Positions 25,341 through 38,214 of a stretch of 64,000 nucleotides of DNA are shown here, one piece after another (positions within the stretch are counted from its first letter, which is position 1; each line of letters opens with the position of its first letter). The position numbers and the translations under genes are program-made. The stretch comes from Felis catus (lineage: Eukaryota), in the NCBI RefSeq assembly GCF_018350175.1, contig NC_058368.1, positions 68,450,001-68,514,000 of the forward strand, written 5' to 3'. The notes under the pieces are model-generated. The model worked only from the letters and a program-made list of their open reading frames with translations. It ran no database searches and was not told the DNA's origin.

Positions 25341-26484
25341 TCATTTGCTTTCCGTATCTATGGCATGGGGTGATAGTTCTCATAACTGAAAAGATGTTGG
25401 CTGCTTGGGGCTCACCTTCTGTGTGCGTCTAAGACCACTGGACTGTAAGAGTGCCGCTTGGACATCTGTAAGAGTAAGAAAAATAACTGGAAGCAGGGGG
25501 AGAGCTTCCGATAATGCTACTGTGTCATGTCTCCCCAGGAAGGGCTGACTATTGCCTTTCAGCGGGAACTCCAGAGAATCCTCCCTGCTCTGCATCACAG
25601 CTCATTGTCTTGTTGTCACCCTTGTTACCATCTCATTGACTGGGGGAGTTAGGAGACTCATTGAGGACAGAAAACCCAGGGCCTTTGAAGTAAAGCTGGA
25701 ATAATGAGGTTTCAATACATTGGACCTTTAGGACAGAGGCTACATAGGCCAAGGCAGTATTTTCATAATTCTGGTTTTAATGTGAGTTACAGATCATTCA
25801 TTTTATGCGGTTTCCAAATCATATCTGGTCTACCATAACCTATTTGTAATTCCCAAGTACTTAATAACACAGCACCTTGTTCTGTGCCGTGTCAAATCTT
25901 GCTGAAAGCCAGTGCATTAACCTCCAGAGAACGATTGAAAACTGTGACCAGTGCTCTCGCCTGCAGTTAAGGCTGGGCATATGTAAGGCTAATTGTAGAG
26001 CCATGTGACCGTCATGCTGCAAGGACCACTGGAATCCTACCTGATTGGATTTTACTTCAGGGGTAGATTACCCTTTCTCCTGAGAGAGGAGGGCACTCAT
26101 TCAACCTCTACCTGTTTGCTAAATGGCTGCAGAATGTACATCTCCAAGTAGCACTTGGCACTGGATTTTCCGTCAGAGCCTCAGCTGGGCAAGTGTCTGC
26201 TGAGTCACAAGCCCCTTTTTCTTGGATACAAAGTGGAGGACCTTTACACAAGAGCCTCTAGAAACTTTAAAAAGATCAATGTTTGCCACTGAACAATAAT
26301 GAGTTATCTTCCCTGCTGAGTGCATTTCCTTATAGGTACCCAAGATAAGAAATTCACATGGTCTAAAAAGCTAGATGAGATACTCCTCTATCTTATTTTT
26401 ACAAGCCTGATTCACACTCATCATGTTCCTTATATGCCATAGCTTCAAGTTCTTGATCCCTATTACTGCATGTTTTCATAGATG

Positions 26485-26775
26485 CGGAGAAGGGGGCAGA
26501 GAGGGAGGCAAGCGTAAGAGATTCTTAAATACAGAGAACAGACCGAGGGTTGCTGGAGGGGAGGTGGGTGGGGAGTGGGTTTACTGGGTGATGGGCATTA
26601 AGGAGGGCACTTGTTGGGATGAGCACTGGGTGTCATATGTACGAGATGAATCACTGGGTTCTACCCCTGAAGCCAAGACTGCACTGTATGTTAACTAACT
26701 TGAACTCAAATAAATTTTAAAAAATTAAAAAAATTAAGGAATTTTTAAAAAGTGTTTAAAGAAAAATAAATAAAT
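26485..26775 (+). mobile_element. Carnivore L1 3'UTR, strongly 5'-truncated
   Basis: gagggttgctggaggggaggtggg...gggatgagcactgggtg...ctgtatgttaactaacttgaa plus A-rich tail. Confidence 0.85.
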
Positions 26776-27992
26776 ATTTCACTACCAAAAAATACTTTTA
26801 AATTATAAAGATATACAATAAAATGCCCAGATTTTAAATGTAGTGTGAAGATATTCAACAAATGCATATATCTGTGTAACAACTACTTCAGTCAAGATAT
26901 AGAACCTCCTAGAAGCCTCCTTCCTGCCCTTTCTCATCTCAGGCCCTGATAATTATAAGCATCCTTCTAATTGTAAGCAGCAGAGATTGGTTTTCTTTGT
27001 TCTAGAACTTCATATAAATAGAATTAATTATACAGCATAAATTCTTTTGTACCTGGTTTCTTCACTTTGCTTAGTAGTAGTCATGTAAAAATACCATAAT
27101 CTGTTTATTTAGTAAATTCTTGATGGACTTTGGGGTTGTTTCCAGTTTTTGCCTACAGAATCATTTTTGTAATCACGTTCTAATATCGGGACATAAAAAA
27201 CAATAACTAGAAAAGACTGATAAGTAGAACTATTTTAAAATTAAGAACTCCTGATGAAAGTCATATTAAGAGACTTGATCAAAAGTCATATTAAGAGAGG
27301 GAGATGCAAGCTGCAGGTGAGAAAAGATAGTTACGATACTGCAAAGAAATATACAAAAAAAACCTCCTACAACTTATTTCATTTCTTCTGAGTAAATATC
27401 TAGGAACAGAATTCCTATGTCCTACGTTAAGTCCCACAGACTTTAAATGTTGATGTTAGCTATGTGATTTTTGTTCATCTCCTTTACCATATTGAGGAAA
27501 TCTCCTCCCTTCTTAGTTTTCTGAGAGTTTTTTTTAAATTTATAAATGGGTGTTAAATTTTGAAAAATTATGTTCTGTATCTGTTGAGCTGATAACGTGA
27601 TTTTGTTCCTTTTTTCTAATTAATGTGATTTATCAACTAGGTCATTATGTATTATACCTTTATATATTGTTAAATATCATGTGACAAGATTTTATTAATA
27701 CATTTTTCATCTGTGTTCAAGAGAAATATTGGTCATAATTTCCTTGTAGTAGCTTTGTCAGGTTTTATAGAGTGATACTGGGCTTGTAGAATGAGTTTGG
27801 AAGTGTTCTCTCTCTCTCTCTCTCTCTCTCTCTTTCAATTTTCTGAGAAGTTTGTGTAGAATTTATATTGTTTCCTCATTAATACTCAGTAGAATTCACC
27901 AGTGAACCCATCTGGTCTTATAGTTTTCACTGTAGGAAGGTTTTTAACTGTGAACTTAATTTCTATAATAGATACAAAGCTGTTTAGGTTAC

Positions 27993-28046
27993 TTTTTATT
28001 TTTATTTACTTATTTTTTTGAGAGAGAGATAGCATGAGGGGGGTGG

Positions 28047-28082
<36 letters not shown>

Positions 28083-28210
28083 CCCAAGAAGACTAAATGC
28101 TCAGTGTGGAGCCTGATATGGGGCTTGATCCCATGTCCCACAACTGTGAGATCATGACCTGAGCCAAAATCGAGAGTTGAACACTTAACCAACTGAGCTA
28201 CCCAGGCCCC
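27993..28210 (-). mobile_element. CAN-SINE
   Basis: Poly-T, (GA)n, gagatcatgacctgagcc; TSD taggtta. Confidence 0.93.
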
Positions 28211-30097
28211 TAGGTTATCTTCCTGAATGAACTTTGGTAGCCGATGACTTTTGAGGAATGTGTTATTTTATAGAAGTTGCCAAATTTATTGCCACAAAAT
28301 CATGCATATTATTTCTATATTATTCTTTTAATAAATGCACTACCAGTAGAATTTCCCCACTCTAACTTCTGATATTGGTATAATTTGTGGGTTTGTCAAT
28401 TTTTTTTTCCCTAGCTATCTTGATCATCTTGATCAATCTGGCTAGAGATTGATCTTTTTTGTTGTATCTTTTTTGTTGTTGTTTTTTTTTAAATCTTCCC
28501 CAGGACCCAGCTTTTGGTTTTATTGATTTTTAATATTGTCTCCATTTTATTAGTTTCTCTTTTTATGCTTATTATTTCATTTTTTCTGATTGCTTGATTT
28601 TAATTTGTTCCTCTTTTAGATTATAGAGTGGAAGCTTAGGTCATTGATTTGAAACCCTTCTTCCTCTCTAATACTAGTGTTTAGGGCTATACATTTCCCT
28701 GTAAACACTGTTTTAGTTTCATTCCCCAGTGTTTGGTATAGTGCATTTCCATTTCTATTCACTTCAAAATAATTTCTAATTCCCCATATGATTTTTTTCT
28801 TTGATGCATGAATTAAGAAGTATGTGTGTAGTGTCCAACTATTTAGTGAATTTCCACATATCTTTGAGTTACTGATTTCTAATTTAATTCTATTGTGATC
28901 AGGTGACATATTTTATATAATTTAAAACTTCAATATCCTATGGACCAGCAATATGGCCTAATTTAGTAAATTTTCCAGGTGCACTTGCAAAGATATAATC
29001 TTTTGCTACTAGGTAGAGTGTTCTACAAATATTAGTTGGGTCGAGTTGGTCAAATGAGTTCTTCGTTTCTTCTATCCTAACCAATTTCCTGTATACATGT
29101 TCCATCAATTGTTGAGAGAAAGATTGAAATGTCTTATATAGTTCTAGATGTGTCTATTTCTTTCCTCAGTTCTAACAGTTTTACTTTATGTATTTTAAAT
29201 GTTTGTTATTGGGTGCATAAAGATTTCTTGTTGTTGTTGGGACACAAGTGACCATGGATTGCTAGCATTTTTGTGCATTTTCTCAACAGAGGAGAAGTGT
29301 TAACAATTTGTTGTGTCTTTGTTGTTCTTGGTTTTTTCTCTCTCTTTTCTTTTTTTTTTTAATCTCTCACTATCTTGTAATGTTTTTCAGTACATGGCTT
29401 GGTGGGCCATTCCACACTGCTTTCATTTTGCTTTCATTTTTTAAAAGATACTTTTGCTGGATATAAAATTTTATGTTGGTAGTTTTCCCCTTTCAGATGT
29501 TAAAGATGTTGCTATACTATTATTTGTTTGCATTATTTCTGACCCTGGTGTCACTCTTAACTTTGTTTTGTGTACATAATGTTTCTTTTCTTTCTCTTCT
29601 GGCTGCTTTAAAAATTTTTAATCATTAACATTACTTTTAAATAATTTGATTACATTATGCCTTGCTGTAATTTTCTTTATGTTTCATCTGCTTAAATTCT
29701 TTGAGCTTTTTTGAAAATTTTGGGCCATTATTTTTCAACTATTTGTTTTTCCTCAACTTCTTCTCCTTCCAGGACTGATTACCTGTGTGGTAAGCCACTT
29801 AAAGTTGTCCCACAACTCACTGATACTGTTATTATTTTGTTTTCTTTTGTTCTGTGTATTTGATTTCAAATTGTTTCTATTGCTGTGTCTTCAAGTTATT
29901 CTTCTACAGGTAAAACCTATTAGTAATTCTCTTCTTCTGATAATATAGTTTTTATTTATAGAACTTCAGTCTGAGTCTTTTGAATGTATTTCCAAGTCTC
30001 TTATTATGTACATATTTTCCTTTACCTTCTTAAATATATACCTCACATGTATAGGAGCTTTATAATGTCATTCTGTACTAATTTTACCACTGATGTC

Positions 30098-30513
30098 TGC
30101 ATTAGTTTGCTTGGGCTACCTTAACAAAGTACCACAAAATAAGTGGCTTAAACAATAGAAATCTATTATCTCACATTTCTAGAAACTATAAATATAAAAT
30201 CAAGGTGTCAGCAGGATTGGTTCCTTTTTGAGGACTATGAGGGAAAAATCTGTTCCAGGACTCTCTTCTTGCTTGAAGATGGTAATCATCTACCTGTCTC
30301 TTCACATCATCTTTCTTTATGTCTCCAAATTTTCCTTTTAATAAGAGCACCAGTCATTTTGGGTTAGATACCACCCTAATAACCTCATCTTATCTAATTA
30401 TATCTAAAATGAGCCTATGTCCAAATAGCTTCACATTCTGAGGTATGGGATTTAGGGCTTTAACATATGAATTTGTCAGGGTGGGTGGGGGGGACATTAT
30501 CCAACCTATAACA
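30098..30513 (-). mobile_element. MLT1(A-C)-type MaLR LTR
   Basis: tgcattagtttgct...aaagtaccac...ggcttaaacaa to ...tataaca; 5-bp TSD atgtc/atctc. Confidence 0.85.
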
Positions 30514-31429
30514 ATCTCATTTCTGGATCTTTTCTATTAATTTATTTTTGTCCTTGTTATGGATTAAACATTCTGCTTCTTTGCATGCCTATTAATTTTT
30601 GACTCGATGCCAGATGTTGTGAAATTAACATCATGATTTTCTAGAGAACTATAAATTCTGTGGGGCTATGTTCAGTGTTACACTTAAGTTACTTGGAAAT
30701 AATTTGATCTTTATGTTTTCTTTTAACCACTTTAAGATAGGTTCAGAACAATTTTTATTCTGATTCTTGTTTGCCCCACTGCTATGACAATACCCTTCAA
30801 AACATTATATTTGATGATCCAGGTATTAAGAGGTCTTTCCACTCTGGCTGGTGGAAAAGAAACTATTTTTGGCTCTATGTGATCACTGGGGACTGGTCCC
30901 ATCTGATCCTTCCTGGTATCTTTTTCTGGCCTCGTGCAGTTTTCTCACACACATGCACTGGCCAGTACCCAGTTAAAGATTCAAAGGGAATCCTCTGTAG
31001 ATTTCCAGAAATTTCTTTCCCTCTTCCTCTCTATAAATAAATAGATAGGTAGGTAGACAGATAGATATCAATATATAAATATGTAGATATATAGATATCA
31101 CCTCTCCATTATTCCTCCCTATGAGTTCTAGCCATCTTGGACTCTCCAAATTCTGTCTCTGCCTCCTCAACTTAGGGATTCTGCTGGGTCCCTACCTGCA
31201 TTACACCCCATGAATTATTTCAAGGCAGTAAACTGGAGCAATCTTGAGTCTCATTTTCTTTCTTGTCCTTCTCTCAGAGATAACTTTCCTGTGCTGCCCA
31301 TTGTCCAATACCTGGAAATGTTATTACCTGTATTTTTCCATTTTAATGTTTTCTCTAAGTCGGAAGATTAATCTGGTCCCTCTCATTCCACTATGGCTAA
31401 AGTGAAAGTCCTCAAATTTGATTTTATAT

Positions 31430-32180
31430 TTTCACCCAACATTTATTTATCAATTGACTATTATGTGCCAGGCACTGCTTTAAATGCAGAGAATGCAAGA
31501 GTGGATAAAACTCCTAAAGAGCATATCCTGTGGGAAAAATCAAGCAATAGAAACAAACACGTCAACAAGCCGACAGAGCACCAGATAGGATTGTGTGCTA
31601 CAAAGCAAGTCAAGACAGGAAAGGTAAACAGGGAGTGTTGGGGGTGAGAAGCGATTGTAATTTAAAGTAGAGTGAATAGGGGAGACACCACTGAAAAGAA
31701 ATCGTCACAGCAAAGACCTCAGGAAACAAATGAGCTAGTCACGGACATACCTGGCGAAAGCACTTGGACTGAGAGAAGGGAAAGTGCAGAAGCCCTGAGC
31801 CAGGAACACGCCTGAAGTGTGTGAAGAGCAACAAGGTGTGGGATGTGGTGAGGGTGAAGGAGCAGCAGCGGGAGAGGAGATCAGGGTGGTTGTGGCTGGA
31901 GGTGGGAAGGCTACTCTTGTAAGATCTTGAAGCTCATTATAAGCATTTTGATTATTGTTATGGATTACACACAGGAGTGAAAAGTTACATTTCTCTTTGA
32001 GCAGGATCCCCTTAGCTACTGGATTAAGACTGCAAAGTGAAAGTGCGAAGGCAGATGTTAGGAAGCTTTTGAAATAATCCAGGCAAAATATGACGGTGAT
32101 TAGAGCCAGAGAAGTAGCAGAGAGGGTAGTGGAAAGTAACTGGATTTGGGGTATATTCTGATGGAAGAGTTAGCAGAATT
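31430..32180 (-). mobile_element. L2 LINE
   Basis: caacatttatttatcaattgactattatgtgccaggcactg and ggatttggggtatattctg. Confidence 0.75.
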
Positions 32181-32403
32181 TGTTTTTATTAGTCATAGAC
32201 ATAAGTAATCTTCCCTCTCCCCCTCAGAGGGCTCAATCTTACCTTGAAATATTACAAATAGACAGATTAGAAGGACATCTTCGTCATGTTATGTCCTTAA
32301 ACGTTACCTATGTACTCAAGCTTTTGGGGACCTTTCTGATTTTTTTTAACTTATCTGCATTTGAGAATATTTGGTGGGGGTTTCAAAACTATTTGCTATT
32401 TTA

Positions 32404-32633
32404 GGGGCGCCTGGGTGGCGCAGTAGATTAAGCATCTGACTTCAGCCAGGTCACGATCTCGCGGTCCGTGAGTTCGAGCCCCGCGTCAGGCTCTGGGCTG
32501 ATGGCTCGGAGCCTGGAGCCTGTTTCCGATTCTGTGTCTCCCTCTCTCTCTCTGCCCCTCCCCCGTTCATGCTCTGTCTCTCTCTGTCCCAAAAATAAAT
32601 AAAAAAACGTTGAAAAAAATTTAAAAAAAAAAA
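32404..32633 (+). mobile_element. Young felid CAN-SINE
   Basis: CpG-rich body (ggtcacgatctcgcggtccgtgagttcgagccccgcgtc), long A tail, perfect TSD ctatttgctatttta (32389-32403 / 32635-32649). Confidence 0.97.
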
Positions 32634-32689
32634 GCTATTTGCTATTTTAAGTTGGATATGGCTAAGCTGGCTATCTCTGGAGGTTTGAT

Positions 32690-34100
32690 CCATTCATTTT
32701 ATTTAACAGGCATTTATTGAACGATTACTATATGCCAGTCCCTGTGCTGTGTGCACTAAATTAGGCTATTTCTTTTCCATAGATGGCAAAGTCCTAGTCT
32801 TCAAGGAATATATGAATCTGCATGCAATATATAATGTGGTAAAGTTAGGAAAGCTGGTGGAAACCTGTCTGATGAGAAAATAGAGGAAGACTTTTTAGGT
32901 CAGCTTTGAGGGTGAGTTTCCTGGTCTAAGAGCTCGCCGTGCAGGGGAATGGAGTGAGGAGTGGAAAAAAATCATAGTGCACTGGGGATTTGCAAGTACT
33001 TCGGAAAGATTGGAGCTCTCCATTAGGATATTGAACAATGATGCAGAGGAGTCCAGCATAGTTGTGAGCAAATTGTGAGACTCCAGTGCTAAGGAGTTTG
33101 AATTTCAACTGTAGAGCAATGAAAAGCATTAAAAATCTCTTTTAGCAGAAGAGCGGTATTGCACTGTGAAAGGCCACTCTGGCTGTGGTGTGGAGAGCGG
33201 ATCAGCAAACTGCAAGATCAGAGGCAAGGAGACCTGTCCACAGGCTGCTGTGGTAGTCTGGAAAAATGATGCCCCCAGCCTGCATAAGCCACTGCCAGAA
33301 GCAGGATTCCAAAAGATAACAAGATGGAATCTAGAGAATAAACGTGGTTGGATGTGGTATATGGGAAAGGAAAGAGTGAAGAAGAATCCAAGACTTCAAC
33401 ACTGGGTAAAACCATTAATGGTACCGTTAAGATAATGAGCAGAGAGAGAGAAATAGAAAGAGACTTGGATTGTCTGTCATGAATTCAGTGTGGAATAAAC
33501 TGAGTTTGAGGTGGCTGTGGTTATCCACCCGAAGACATCTGCAGATAATTAGACATGCGAGCCTGGAGCTCAGGAGAGCCATCTGAGCTTGAAGGACATG
33601 TGAAAGTCATAGCATACAGGTGGTCATTGGAGTTTGGTGGGACAGGAGATCACAGGAGGGGAGAGTCTGGAGAATCGAGACTTGGACCCTGAGAAGCGCT
33701 GACACTTCAAGAAATTGACAAAGAAAGAAAAGCCAGCAAAGGAGACTGCACTGTAACATCTAGTGAGACAGGAAGGAACACAACACAACATGATGTCAGG
33801 AGAATGAGGAGCTGGGGAAGCTGAAATGGGAGAGCACTTCCGAAAGTCCAAACAGGTTAGCAGTGTTAAGCCATGATATACAGTCAAGGAAGATGCAGCC
33901 TCTGCAGCCCATAGCTGAAGGAAGGTGTCTACTATTCCCAGCAAGAGCCATTTCAGTAAGGCAGTGAAGGTGAAGGCCACACTGTAGTGAGTTGGGCGAG
34001 CGGGAGACAGCACATGGAGGGAGCGGACGGGGGGCAGTGACGGAAAAGATGGTGCAGGGCCAAGGCTTAAGTGGAACGTAAAGGCCATGGAAAGCTTTTG
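32690..34100 (-). mobile_element. L2 LINE
   Basis: cattcatt...tttattgaac...tatgccag start; tgagtttgaggtggctgtgg, gcctggagctcaggagag. Confidence 0.75.
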
Positions 34101-34304
34101 TTGCCGCAGCTGGTTCTTCAGAAGAAAGAGAAGTGAATTTGTTGGAAGGCTTGATTGGGAGGATCAGTATAGCAGAAGCAATTGCACCTGGTGAAGAGAG
34201 ATGATTCTAGGGGAGGCAGGAGTGGTTGGTCTCCAAAACATCCCTGCTAAGGGGTAGCCACATGGGAGAGAAAGGTACTTTGGAAAAGATCAGGCATGGG
34301 AACC

Positions 34305-34738
34305 TGTTATGGATCGAATTGTGTCTCCCTAAACTTCTAGGTTGAAGTCCCAGCCCTAAGTACCTCCAGATGTGACATTATTTGGAAGTAGGTCATTGTA
34401 GGTGTCATTAGTTAAGATGAGGTCATACTGGACTATGGTGGACCTCTAATCCAATATGTCTGATGCCCTTAGAAGAAGAAGGAATTTGGACAGAGACATG
34501 CACATACAGGGAGAGTGCCTCATAAAGATCAAGACAGAGATCGAGGTGAGGCTGTAGACACTGTCAAACCAGCAGGAGTTAGGAGAGAAGCCTGCAACAG
34601 ATTATTCACTGGCACCTTCAGAAGGAACCCACCCTTGATCTTGGACTTCTGGCCTCCGGCACTGTGAGGCAATGCATTTCCGTCATTCAAGCAATCCAGT
34701 TTGTACTACTGTGTTATAGAAACCCTAGCTGACTAACA
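34305..34738 (+). mobile_element. MLT1B-like MaLR LTR
   Basis: tgttatggatcgaattgtgtc...ttaagatgaggtcatactgga...ttggacttctggcctcc...gactaaca. Confidence 0.85.
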
Positions 34739-36329
34739 GCATACCAGCCATGGTAAGTCCATATGTGAGAGGCAAGAAGTCAAGGCCATTCTGAGTCGGT
34801 GGTGGTTTCTTATTCTATGACTTTGGCCCCCACGTCATCTTTGGGGAGTCCCCGGGGGAGGTGGCATGAGGTGTTTAGGGATGAGTGGGGATGACTGGAA
34901 GTTGCCTCTCTGGACGATGGAAGGCAGCAGCCTGAAAGAAAATATAAGGTGGCAGGAGAGTATTCAGACCCCATTTGGTTTGGATCTCAGTAATTTCCAG
35001 TATTTTTCAAAAATAGCTCTTCCATTGGCCCAGCCCAGTGTGATTATTTGGGGAATGTATTTTCCACCACTGAAGTCAAAGCTAACTACCTTTTTCTGCC
35101 GTGCCTGCCTTTTCTTAGGCCCTGAATCCTTAGCAAAGGTACAAAGTAATAAAACTATTTTATTCATAGGAAAGGTCATTAAAATTACTGAGCAGGCTCT
35201 TTGCCCATGTGACTCACATTCTTCCAGCACCAAGAACTAATCCCCAGGGTTTAGCTGATAAAAACCCATGACTAAAAAATGTTTTTGTCTTTCATCATCA
35301 CCTCTCTCGGAGATTTGGTGGCTCTGAGCTGTACTCTGGAGCTGAAATGTCTCCTCAAGGCATATTTCTTCACCCTTAAGTTCAAGATGTCTTCAGAGGC
35401 TTGTATTCTCTTCCCATGAATATGAATCAGGTCTCAGCAGGGTCTGTAACGAAACAGTCCTGAGGAAGTGCAGTAACATGGCTGATGGAGGAAAAGTTTC
35501 CATGGAAAACTTTGCAAGCATACATGTTTTTCTCCCTACGAAGCATCAATCTCTTAAGGTAAAATACAGCAACATGTGTGAATCATGGGAAACTCATGTG
35601 AAATACAACAGAGAAGATGGGCCTTTGATTTTTATGAAATTTGTGTTATTCCCACTGTTTTGGAAACCAGTTTTATTGGATCCTATCTTCTGAGTCAGCA
35701 GCTAAGTTCAAAGCCTGCCAGAGAAGGTGATGAATTTCTCAGACATACTGCAGGGGCAGAATTGCAATGTCTGGGCAATATTCATTAGGAAAATGGAGAA
35801 GATTAGAGCTGGGGCACCTCCAGGAAGAGGAAGCACTGGAAGAATGGTCAGACCAGGACACAAGCAACAGTGGGCGAACAGTCTGTGTGAAAGAGCAGAC
35901 CTAGGCCGGCCGACTAGTGACTATGTCCCTGACATGGCCGCAGAAAGAGGTTCCCGCTCAAACCTCAGACCACACCTCCTCCCCTTGAGTAACTCATGCT
36001 TTCTAAGAAAGCAGGCTACCGATTGATACATTCTTCCGAAGTCTAAGGTGGGAGGAAGGGGAGTATGAGAGGCGTGGAAAGTGTGAGTAGAAGAGGGAGG
36101 GCTTCTCTCAGGTAGGGGCCAGAGGCAGGAGCCCTCAACCCTGTCCAGGCTTAGAATGACCTGGGAGCATGTTACCCCTCCCCAAACCAATTAATCAGAG
36201 TCTCTGGGGATGGTGTTTGGTGCTAGGTATTTATATAGCACAGCAAGGCTGACAGCCAATGGTTAATAGGTGACCAGAGAGAAACGTTCTGTATACACTG
36301 AGGCCAAACATGTTAGAGATCCTCAGACA

Positions 36330-36518
36330 CAGTGGTTCTTAAACTTCAGGTGCATCAGAATCTCCTGGAAGACTTGTTCAAACACAGATTGCTGAGCCCC
36401 ACCCCCAGAGTTTCCGATTCAGTGGGTCTGTGACCACCAGGCCCAACATTTGCATTTTTAACAAGTTCCAGGTGACGCTGATAATTGCTGATCTGGGACC
36501 ACACCTTGACAGCCATTG
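36330..36518. mobile_element. MER5A hAT-Charlie MITE
   Basis: cagtggttcttaaac...gattgctgagccccacccccagagtttccgattcagtgggtctg...ccattg. Confidence 0.9.
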
Positions 36519-36523
36519 TTCTA

Positions 36524-36728
36524 TCCTTCCCCAGCCAATCGGCTAAGGCCATGATCCCTATAAAACCTTTGTGCTCTTGAAACCCGTTCTCTCTCTCCGG
36601 TATCTCACCGAGGCGTCGGTGCAGGTAGGGGATTGAGCTTTAGCTAGCTCGCGAATAAAGGCTCTTTGCTTTTGCATCAGACTCGGCTCTCTGGTGGTCT
36701 TTGGGGATCACGGATTCTGGGCATAACA
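36524..36728 (+). mobile_element. 5'-truncated young ERV LTR (end of U3, R, U5)
   Basis: CCAAT 36535-36539, TATAAAA 36559-36565, AATAAA 36654-36659, terminal ...gcataaCA; several CpGs kept; no PBS follows. Confidence 0.8.
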
Positions 36729-37239
36729 TGTGCTGGCCTCAGAAAGTTCCATGTGATGCCTGTGACAACAGCCTCGTAAGTACTTTCCCCACACTGAAGA
36801 AGTCCACAGCTCAGGCCCTCACAGTGAAGTCTGGCCGCTTGAGCTCCAGCGGCTCATTAGGAAGCCATCCAATTTAGTGGTAGGTTTGGTGTCTAACTTA
36901 CCTCAACTCCAGTGGAAGCAGGTCCAAGTTCGGAGCCGAATTTACTCCCGACTGGCATATGTGAAATGTTTTCTTTTAGGAGGAGAAAGGGAAATGGTAT
37001 TCTTGATTCTCACTCTTTAGCAGTGACCCTGTGTGCTCATGCAGATGCCTCAAACTCGGAGCTTTCCATCTAATTCAACTACGCTCTCTCTAAACTCTAG
37101 TTGGACCATAGCAACTAGACTTTAAAGGTACAGGTGAAAACATGGAATAATAAAGCTGCAGCATAATTTAGAGATGAACTAGCCAATTCCCTCCACCGCA
37201 CTCTCTGTCTCCGGAGACACAACCACCAACACTACCACC

Positions 37240-37375
37240 ATCATTATTTTACAGAAAAGAAAATACAAACTGAAATCCGGGGCTTAAATGACTTGACCAC
37301 ATGGTTTATTCCTGGCAAAACGGGTAGTAAGCCTTAATACTTTGATTCCGTATTCAGAGATCTTTCTCCTGCACC
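37240..37375 (-). mobile_element. MIR fragment
   Basis: attttacaga...aaactga...ttaaatgacttgacca. Confidence 0.55.
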
Positions 37376-37563
37376 ACTCAAAAGGGCGTAGAACCTAGAG
37401 ACCACCCATCAGAAAGAAGGGTCCACCGGAATAAACTCAGTAAACCCTGATGACACAAAAACAACCCTGACCTGCATATTAAGAAGCATGAGAGCATTCA
37501 TAATGGCCTCTTCTAATCTAGTCAATTTGTATTAAAAAGAATTTAATATGATTTCATTTAAAA

Positions 37564-37797
37564 TTTTTCTAAAATTTTTTAATGTTTATTTTTAAGAGAG
37601 CGCGCACACGCGAGTGGGACAGGGGCAGAGAGAGAGGGAGGCACAGAATCCAAAGCAGGCTCCAGGCTCTGAGCTGTCAGTACAGAACACCCCCCCCCCC
37701 CCGCCCCAACCACCATGCAGGGCTTGAACTCACGAACTGGAGATCATGACCTGAGCCAAGTTCGGACACTTAACCAACTGAGCCACCCAGGCGCCCC
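37564..37797 (-). mobile_element. CAN-SINE with an internal poly-C expansion
   Basis: Consensus ends; C-run at about 37690-37707; TSD core gatttcattt on both sides. Confidence 0.93.
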
Positions 37798-38214
37798 ATG
37801 GTGGATTTCATTTTATTCGTACTTTATAATTTATTTCAAAGCCCTCTCCTCCACTAAATTTCATTTCATTCTTAGCAAAAAAACTTGTGAGAAAGAGAAA
37901 GAAAAGTTTGGTATGATTATGTCCCCTTAGAGATGAGAAAAATGAAGGCCAGGGCAAAGTGATAGACCCAGGTTCACGAGGTTAATAATAATCATTAGGC
38001 CTGAGACTGGATCTGAGCATTCTACCAACATTTAGCCCAGTATTGACCCATCATTCAGCAGACAATTGTTAAACTCCCACTGTATATTAGGACCTATACC
38101 AGAGCCAGAGGTATTTGAGATCTAACTAGAAGATGCCTGATTTCAAGGACCTGGAAGCCTGGTGGGAAATTAGATAAGCAAACAAGTGAATTATGTTCAG
38201 TGAAAATTAAATTA

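Larger units (their letters stand above)
26790..31410 (-). mobile_element. Old fragmented L1M element with nested SINE and MLT1
   Basis: ORF 28616..28909 (DHNRIKLEISN...IRNYFEVN...LYQTL...FTGKCIALN) matches ORF2 just after the endonuclease; 3'UTR near 26.8-27.2 kb, 5' region near 29.4-31.4 kb. Confidence 0.8.

Noticed and set aside
32404..32490. tRNA-like A/B boxes
   Set aside because: Heads of tRNA-derived SINEs, not tRNA genes.
33624..34088. 154-aa ORF
   Set aside because: Lies within decayed L2.
35478..35693. 71-aa ORF with good Kozak context (aacATGG)
   Set aside because: No recognisable homology or supporting exon structure; length expected by chance.
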